Shown here piece by piece: positions 55,600 to 64,000 of a DNA stretch of 64,000 nucleotides. Below the pieces are notes generated by a model. The model saw only the letters and a list, made by a program, of their open reading frames with translations, had not been told where the DNA came from and did no database searches. The stretch lies in NCBI GenBank assembly GCA_951406725.2, contig OX597840.1:38316001-38380000 (forward strand), written 5' to 3'. The stretch's first letter is position 1. Each line of letters opens with the position of its first letter. Position numbers and translations under genes: made by a program. This stretch comes from Octopus vulgaris. Taxonomy: Eukaryota.

Positions 55600-56080
55600 A
55601 ATTCTTCCTTGTGCAGTGTCGTCCTCTGTCTAAGAGACATTCCTGCTTGACCAATATTGTTTTGTCCACACCATGAACAAGTTATGGCGTAGATTAAGTT
55701 TTCGGATGGAGAAGTAAACTCAGTGTTAATTTTCAATATTTATCCTCGTTTTAAGTTGAATTCTGACCGTTTCAGTATATTGGGATATGTTTCACAATTA
55801 GGTCCCCTGCATCTTTCATCTCTTGGTTTCTGTTGTTGCTCCGTAAATTTTCGAAGCTCTCAGTATTAACTTTTGTGGTTTTAGATTTCATTTTGTACTT
55901 TTAGTGAATTTGTGTGTACCAAGAATCTAGTTCAAAATAGGGTCCTTAGGGACTACGGTTAAATTTTGAATAATAGTGTTACACACATCATTGTATCTAG
56001 GGGTGTTGGTAGATAAATATTGCATTTTAAATTGGATGTGTTATTTCGTCTTCTCCTAATGTCTAGATACCAATGCTCAA
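55600..56080 (-). mobile_element. Penelope-like (Neptune-type) GIY-YIG endonuclease remnant
   Basis: Minus strand RCRGPNCETYPNI..KINTEFTSPSENLIYAITCSWCGQNNIGQAGMSLRQRTTLH: decayed Cx4CxxC linker plus LIY-(Y)IG, with stops. Confidence 0.75.
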
Positions 56081-56336
56081 CATTCATCATATGAATATAT
56101 TTAAATATATAGATGCATATAACATTACATATACATATGTATACATATAATAATATTAGGGAGTAAATCCAAACTTACAGGGAAAAATTAGATTTAGGAT
56201 TAAATCTAATTTTATAGTATAAATATATACATTAATTTTTTTTATTAATTAATTTTATTTCTATGTACTGGTTTATGATTTTCACTGTTTGATTTGCCTA
56301 ATGATGGTTTTATCTGTAATTTAATATGTATGTATA

Positions 56337-56531
56337 CGCCATGTTAGATCGTTAGCTCCTAAACGCAATTTTTTCTCTCCTTGTTTCTTTTCTGTGTATC
56401 TTTCTGTCGAAGAGCGTAGGCTCGAAACGTAATAGGCTTGTTCTATTTCTATTCATGAGCGCCATACTAATACATTTGTTTGTTTGTACTCCACCTGCCT
56501 TCGTCTTTTGTTTATTTTCGTAAACCTTCCC

Positions 56532-56533
<2 letters not shown>
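56337..56533 (+). mobile_element. ~200-bp HHR-bearing element adjoining (TA)n
   Basis: 56399-56436: TCTTT-CTGTCGAA-GAGC gtag GCTC-GAAAC-GTA-ATAGG; starts CGCCATG and ends CTTCCCG before (TA)n. Confidence 0.8.
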
Positions 56534-56568
<35 letters not shown>

Positions 56569-57434
56569 ATATACACATAAATATAACATATTTAAATATA
56601 CACGTAACTATTACATATTTAAATGTATACATGCATATAACATTTTACATTGTTCATATATACATATAACATATTTATATGCACAAATACACTTTTGGTA
56701 TATGCAAAGTATATACGTGTATGAAGTTTAAATTCTTAAGACTATATACCTGTGTGTATGTGTGTTAGAGAGAGAGGGAGAAAGAGAGGGGGGTTGAATA
56801 AGAGAAAACATGTTTATGAGTGTATATCTATAGCGTATCAGAATAAAATCGACATAAAACATAAGCGGCGATGCTCGGCCTTGGCTAAGTTCATTAATCC
56901 CGAAGATAAACGTAGTCACACGAATTCATTATTTTATGAATGAATTGCTTTCGAAAGATATTGATAATCTTCAATTGTTTGGGGAGTGTTGATTGATTAG
57001 AATTATGGAATCCAAGCTACTCGGAAAATGCTTCAAGCTGAGCTTCAAAGAAACACGCGCAGGAATATATAAATAAAACACATAAATTAGCGAAAAATGT
57101 GGAAAATGAAAACATAAATTTTAATTTTACGTATTTTTTGTAATTTTCTTCAAACGCATGCTTGAATTTCGAAATGCTACTAATTTACATAATTACATAA
57201 ATTATTTCCTTAATCAATATCTTTCTGCGATATATATTACTTTACTTGCGGGTATACAGACAATTTTCGTGTGTCTCTCAGGAACTACGAAGAGCAAATT
57301 CCTGCTCTTTCCTGAAATGAAGGAAGAAGCATTATCCTGGACATGGGAATTCGGAAACAATTCCAGGGATTTTCTGTTATTGCGTGTTTGATAGCGAAAA
57401 GCCCAAAGAGAAGCAGAAGCTATTAGAAGCGCCA

Positions 57435-57669
57435 AGAAGGCGGCAAGCTGGCAGAAACGTTAGCACACCGGGCGATATGCGTAGCCGTATTTCGTCTGCC
57501 GTTACGTTCTGGGTTCAAATTCCGCCGAGGTCGACTTTGCCTTTCATCCTTTCGGGGTCGATTAATTAAGTACCGGTTACGCACTGGGGTCGATTTAATC
57601 GACATAACCCGTTTGTCTGTCCTTGTTTGTCCCCTCTGTGTTTAGCCCCTTGTGGGTAGTAAAGAAATA
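57435..57669 (+). mobile_element. Full-length family-C SINE with a 14-bp TSD
   Basis: GGCGGCAAGCTGGCAGAAACGTTAGCAC..GGTTCAAATTCC head. TATTAGAAGCGCCA at 57421-57434 and 57670-57683. Confidence 0.9.
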
Positions 57670-57757
57670 TATTAGAAGCGCCATGCCTTACTCATTACTG
57701 CTTAAATTTCAGTCCGGATGTGTTAATACTATCCTGGAGATTTAATCTATTTGGCAA

Positions 57758-58186
<429 letters not shown>

Positions 58187-58904
58187 AAACACTGGGGTCA
58201 ATTCTTTCGAATAATGGTTCTTGAAGGGGTTGCTCCACGGTGGCCGCTATCTAATGGATGAAATAAAATGAAATGGTAATGTGTGCACATTTACATGCAT
58301 GTATGTAGAAAGGGAGGGAGAACAGCGATATGGTGTGAGAAGAATTTCATGCTGATCATTTTGTAGTGATATTGTTATGTCAAATAATCACGTTTTTTTG
58401 TTCGCTTTAACAGTTTCTATGCCACGAGTTTTTCATGTGTCAAACAATTTCTGTTCCGCTGGAAATCATACCTTTCGGCTGCTGGAAATAGTTCGTTCTT
58501 AACACTGTTGGATTGCAGCTCCGAAATAATGAATGGCAAGACAAGATTATACCCAGCATAAAGAACATTTAAATCCGTTATTACACGCCAAACATCTTAA
58601 GATTAAGGGGAACAGAGCGGGGAATGTAATTTTCGTATGACTTCGTTTTGTCAACGGCAATGAACAGAAAACAGAGAAAGGGAAAAGGCTAAAGAAGTGT
58701 CATAGCAGATTAAAAACATTAGATCATAGGCAAAGTAACTTCACGGCGGCAATGAGCTAAGACTGCATCTCATTTAAGTTTGCTTAACAAAGTATTACCA
58801 ACATTAGTGAAAGCGGATAGGATGCTGCGCTCACAATCGCAAGATTCCGGGGCCACGTGACGCCTTGTGATCTTGAGTGAAACAGTAACTGCTGATGTAG
58901 TATG

Positions 58905-59291
58905 GTAGAAGCACTCCGTCGGTTACGACGATGAGGGTTCCGGTTGATCCGAATCAACGGAACAGCCTGCTCGTGAAATTAACGTGTTAGTGGCTGAGCA
59001 CTCCACAGACACGTGCACCCTTAACGTAGTTCTCGAGGATATTCAGCGTGACACAGAGAGTGACAAGACCGGCCCCTTGAAATACAGGTACAACAGAAAC
59101 AGGAAGTAAGAGTGAGAGAAAGTTGTGGTGAAAGAGTACAGCAGGGATCACCAACATCCCCTGCCGGAGCCTGGTGGAGCTTTTAGGTGTTTTCGCTCAA
59201 TAAACACTCACAACGCCCGGTCTGGGAATCGAAACCGCGATCCTATGACCGCGTGTCCGCTACCCTAACCACTGGGCCATTGCGCCTCCAC
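58905..59291 (-). mobile_element. Family-B SINE
   Basis: Reverse-complement match to 31288-31655; imperfect TSD ACTGC(TGA)TGTAGTAT. Confidence 0.85.
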
Positions 59292-59372
59292 TGCTGTAGT
59301 ATAAACGCTAGGGAATTTGAATGGGTTTACAAAACCTACATAGCTAAATGTTTCTTAGGCTGCTCTTTTCTA

Positions 59373-59402
59373 CTGAAGATGGGTCTTTCCACCCGAAATA
59401 TC
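59373..59402 (+). ncRNA. Hammerhead-like core with stem I lost
   Basis: CTGAAGA-T-GGGT ctttcc ACCC-GAAA-TA-TC, the same layout as 36911-36947, but the flanks do not pair. Confidence 0.45.
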
Positions 59403-59950
59403 AACGTTCTGTAAGACTCCCCACGTTGTCAGAAGCATTATATTTTCTCTATTTTTACCCACTTCACTTTACTCCAATCCCACATCCTTAAATAGGAACC
59501 AGCCTGACGAACACGCTCTCCTGTTCGCCTCTTCGCGTAGGAACTGAAGAGGAATCATTCAAAAGTTAAAACAAAGCGAATTGTGACCAGCGTTGCATAA
59601 CAACATCCGACACTATAGGCTATCGCCTCATCACGTGGCTTATAGCATTAACCTGATTCATCTAAAACATTACAAAACAAAAGCATGGACCACGTGACAC
59701 TTTCAATACGCAATATATTATTACGGACGGACGGACGTAACATATACACAGTGGCATCTCTAACTTATTCTTCTCTTAATCTCCTAAAATTAAAGAGTTA
59801 CTCACAAATTATTCAAATCTGCTTCAAATATTCAATCCAAATTTTCTATTAAAATCCAAGAAAACATTTATTTTAAACTTAATACCTTATTATATTGATC
59901 CGTATTAATACGTGTGTGTTTATGTACGTATCCGTATAATATATATATGA

Positions 59951-60023
<73 letters not shown>

Positions 60024-60791
60024 ATATATATGTATGTAGATATATATATGTGTGTGTGTGTGTCTATATATATATGTACATATAATGCATATATATTATA
60101 TTGATCAGTATTAATACGTATGTATATGTACGTATCCATGTATACCCACACACACGCACACACACATATGTATATATATACATTTGTGCGCGTGCGTGTG
60201 TATGTGTGTAAATGTGTGCGTGAACGCGCGCGTTTGGTTGTGTTTCACACATTAATCCCTAAATCCATTCTTACGCATTCATTAGCAGCCATTTTAGTTT
60301 ATTGTGTAAATGTTATCATATTTCGAGTTAAAAAGAAAAATGACTTTTTTTCTGGTGGGTTGGGGGGGAAATTTTAATTTAAACGTTAAAATGGTGTAGG
60401 GCGGCGGTATTTAATCTTCAAAAAGACATGCAAATTAATAAAATAAGAAATGGTTATCAGTTTGGCCAAAAATGTGACTTAGTGGTAGAAATTTTTATTT
60501 TGCTGATTAAGATTTTAATTAATAAGACTTCTTTAATCAAATAGCAGATCCCAATGCGAAAATATTCTCTAATGAAATATAAAAGAAGAAATCAATTGTC
60601 AATAATGAGAAATTCTATTTTTGAAAAACCAAACAGAAGAGAAATCATACGATGCGAAAGGTGAACTGAGGTGATAAGACGAAAAACTAAAGGTGTCATA
60701 CAATAGTTTTCTATGAAGGTGTCCATAGGCATATCTGCCTGCGCATATGTGCGTTTACCAGTGTGTACGCTTGCGTATGTATGCATGTATG

Positions 60792-60822
<31 letters not shown>

Positions 60823-61954
60823 CAAATTACACAAATGTATATATATATATATATATGCATATGTGTAATTTGATAAGTCGCAACACAGAAAATTCTTGGA
60901 TGTTGCACTGCTAAATGTATATATACCGGCTGTGCAAGCAAAATTGACGAAATTTTAGATTCAAGTTCGAACCTTACTATGTTACGAATTTTTAAAGATA
61001 ACTTAATGGAAGTATCAGTGGTTTTTCTAACCCTACTGGACTTTACTCTGAGCAAAACATATGTTGATTACCCTCTAAGCTCTCAAGAAGAATTGCGAAG
61101 TTGATCATGGGCGAAAATAATATTTTCATAAATAATTAAACATAGCTCAGTGTTGGTAGCTTATAAAGGACTGGAATAAATTTCGAATGGAAGCTTAGTG
61201 CCAGAGAAATCCTGGCCGAAATCATACATGTTAGGCACCAAGAGTTGCTCTTCTATTGGCGATGACTTTCTCAACCCGCTTCCTGACAGCTGTACAAGCT
61301 TTCTTAATTAATTCCTCATCAATATCCTCCTCCTACGCCCTACAGATAGAAATTCTGAGGTCTTATACCTTAGTGTGGGTCTTCTCACAAGCTTCTGTCC
61401 ATCCTACTCATTCACAAAGCATTGGTCGGCCGCGGTCGGACAAAAATGTCAAGGACTGGGACTGAGAGTCGAAACGACGCCTTTTCGAATACCCGGCAAC
61501 GTGTGATTGTGTGTTTTTGTGTGTGTATGTGTGTGTGTGTTGTTGTTTCCGTCCCTGTAACTTAACGGTTCAGCGGATGACTCCAACAGAATATTTACAA
61601 GCCATGAGAAAATGGGAATAAATAAATACTGATGTAGATTCATTCGACTAAGACACTTTCAAGATTGTGCTCCAGCGTGGCCACTCTCCAGTGACCAAAG
61701 CAAGTAAACGATAGGAGACAAGACTTATATATACATATATTCATACAAATAGACACAGATACCTTTTCCTTGTTTCAGTCACGTGACTCCGGCCATGCTG
61801 GAGCACTCCATTGAAGGGCTTTAGTCAAAAGTCGACCTCAAAACATTTGTTAGGCATGCCCTCGGTGCCTTTTGCCGAACCGCAAATGTACGTGTAAGTA
61901 AAACCTGAGCAGTTGAAGTAGAGACAGTTTTGGGTAAGGGATTCAGCTGATTAC

Positions 61955-62112
61955 ATCAATTCCAATCCTCAGCTGATGCGTATTTTATCGACCCCGAAAG
62001 GATGAAAGCAAAGATGCCCAAGACGGAATTTGAACTCAGAGAGAAAAGCCAGACCGAATGTTTGTCGCTAAGCACTTTTCCCGCTGTGCCAAAACTTCTG
62101 CCTGCTCGCCAT
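61955..62112 (-). mobile_element. Diverged family-C SINE
   Basis: TTTATCGACCCCGAAAGGATGAAAG..GGAATTTGAACTCAGA..CTGCCTGCTCGCC. Confidence 0.7.
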
Positions 62113-62626
62113 CTTGAATAGATGCTCCTTTTGAAACGAAACATACTTTTTTACCATAAATAAAAATAATATGTTCTCATTTGTACAACTCTTGTCAAAA
62201 TTAATCTACCTTTTACCCGTCACTACTCTGTCATTTTTTCTCAAGTTTCGACTGTCCAAGTCAAACAACCGACATTTGTATCAGAGATGTGCTATATATC
62301 AAACAATTATAATTAAATGGTTTATCAATTTTTTGTGTCTGTAAATAATGATGAAATACATATTTTTCGTAAAAAAAATGCATTTACTGATTTGTTACTT
62401 ACTCGCTCGCCTCCACTCCTCTCATCCCCCCACACACTCTCTCTTTCTCTCTCCTTTCTTGCTTACCGTTTCTAAGTGTAGCATTGTGCTACTCATTGCA
62501 TGTAACCAAGCCTGTTATATACACTCACACTTCATCTCTTATGTTAAATCTGTACGTATATATGTCTACATACACACCTGCATATACATATCTGCGTATA
62601 TATATATATATATATATATATATCAC

Positions 62627-62928
62627 AGTCACCGTGACCAACCAGGCTATCAGATGTTGTTACACATCGCTGGTCACAATAAGCTTCGCATTGTTTTAGC
62701 CTTCGAATGACGCCACCCAGATGGCTGAAGCGAGCAGGCCAACACAAGAAAGAGTGAGAGAAGGTTATGGCGAAATAGTACAGCAGGGATCGCCATCACC
62801 CCTGCCGGAGTCTCGTGGACCTTTTAGGTGTTTTCGCTCAATAAACACTCACAACCTCCCGTCTGGGAATCGAAGCCGCGATCCTACAACCGCGAGTCCG
62901 GTGACCTAACCACTGGGCCATTGCGCCT

Positions 62929-62932
<4 letters not shown>
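62627..62932 (-). mobile_element. Family-B SINE with an alternative 3' tail
   Basis: Matches 53236-53534 along its length. Confidence 0.85.
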
Positions 62933-62979
<47 letters not shown>

Positions 62980-64000
62980 CACGCGCGATATATTTGTGTG
63001 TGTACGTATAGGTTTGTGTGTGTGTGTGTTTATGGGTGTATTATCGTTTACAGTATTTCATTTAAATTCAAACATATTGACTCTGGCCGTATCTTTCCAT
63101 TTCTATATCTCGCTTTCTCACGAAGTCCTCTTTCATTAAACTTAACCTTCATCTCATCATTTATATCTCTGTTTTACTTTCATTTTCCATTTCTGAAAGT
63201 TTCTCTTTGTATTGGCCTCTGACTGCGTGAATTTAGCCGTGTGTGTGTTTATTTGTGTGAGTGTCTGCATCAGTGTGTCTGTGTGTGTGTCTGATGATAT
63301 CTCATGAATATGTTGCATATTTCTGTATATCTGTCGCCAAATATATACGTCTATTTTACTATATACACGCGGATATTCGTCTCTGTGTGACGGATGATGT
63401 GTATACGCATGAATGCACCTATAGATGTGTATATATTTTCCTCTTTCGATTTATAAGCGCGTATGTGTGTGTGTGTGGATATTTGTCTGAATGAATATAT
63501 CTCTATACCATTATCCTTGCATCTCTCACAGTATCACAGTAATGCTGTGTATATTTCGATATGTCTCAATAAGAGTAAACCATATATTTGTCTGTAGGCG
63601 TGCGATGTGATCTTAGTAGAGATGTAAGCGTCTACATGTGATATCAGTATTTATTTTTAATTTCTTTTAACATTATCTTCACCTTCTATTTTGTTTGTTT
63701 TTTTGCTTTCCAAGCGTTATCAAAACGAGTGATCCTCTTTCAAATATATTTATTTAAATTTTATATTGAGCTTATATTTCACATCAATAAACTTTGTAAC
63801 CTCTCAAAACAAATCAAGTTGTCTGTACAGATGCAACCGAAAATACTGCATAGAAATAAATGCGATATCCAGACATTTAATGCACAAACGAATATGCGTA
63901 CACACACTCCCACATCTCTATATAAAAGAATATATATACATATATGTACACCCACACATATATATATATATACATATATGTACACACACACACATTATAT

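Overview
AT-rich, microsatellite-saturated eukaryotic DNA. The SINE repertoire and (TA)n/(CA)n/(GATA)n density point to an octopus genome (inference from recalled repeat families). The only convincing protein-coding sequences are two tandem, same-strand, diverged Fem-1-like genes with ankyrin repeats, a TPR-like middle and a C-terminal BC/VHL-box (about 32.6-34.4 kb and 47.1-49.0 kb). Each looks like one large terminal exon behind a conserved splice acceptor, and each appears to have lost the canonical FEM1 Arg/C-degron pocket residues. The rest is repeats: three tRNA-derived SINE families, decayed Penelope-like (Naiad- and Neptune-type GIY-YIG), CR1-group, RTE and R4/Dong LINE fragments, Tc1/mariner remnants, and hAT and piggyBac MITEs. 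The most striking unannotated signal is about a dozen minimal type-I hammerhead-ribozyme (HHR) motifs. Most sit in short non-coding elements (fold-backs, a 362-bp retrozyme-like direct repeat, a ~200-bp family with an atypical CUGUYGAA core) inside or beside (TA)n tracts. Almost all other listed ORFs are microsatellite or repeat artefacts. Everything was read by eye; no searches or folding programs were run, and repeat boundaries are approximate.
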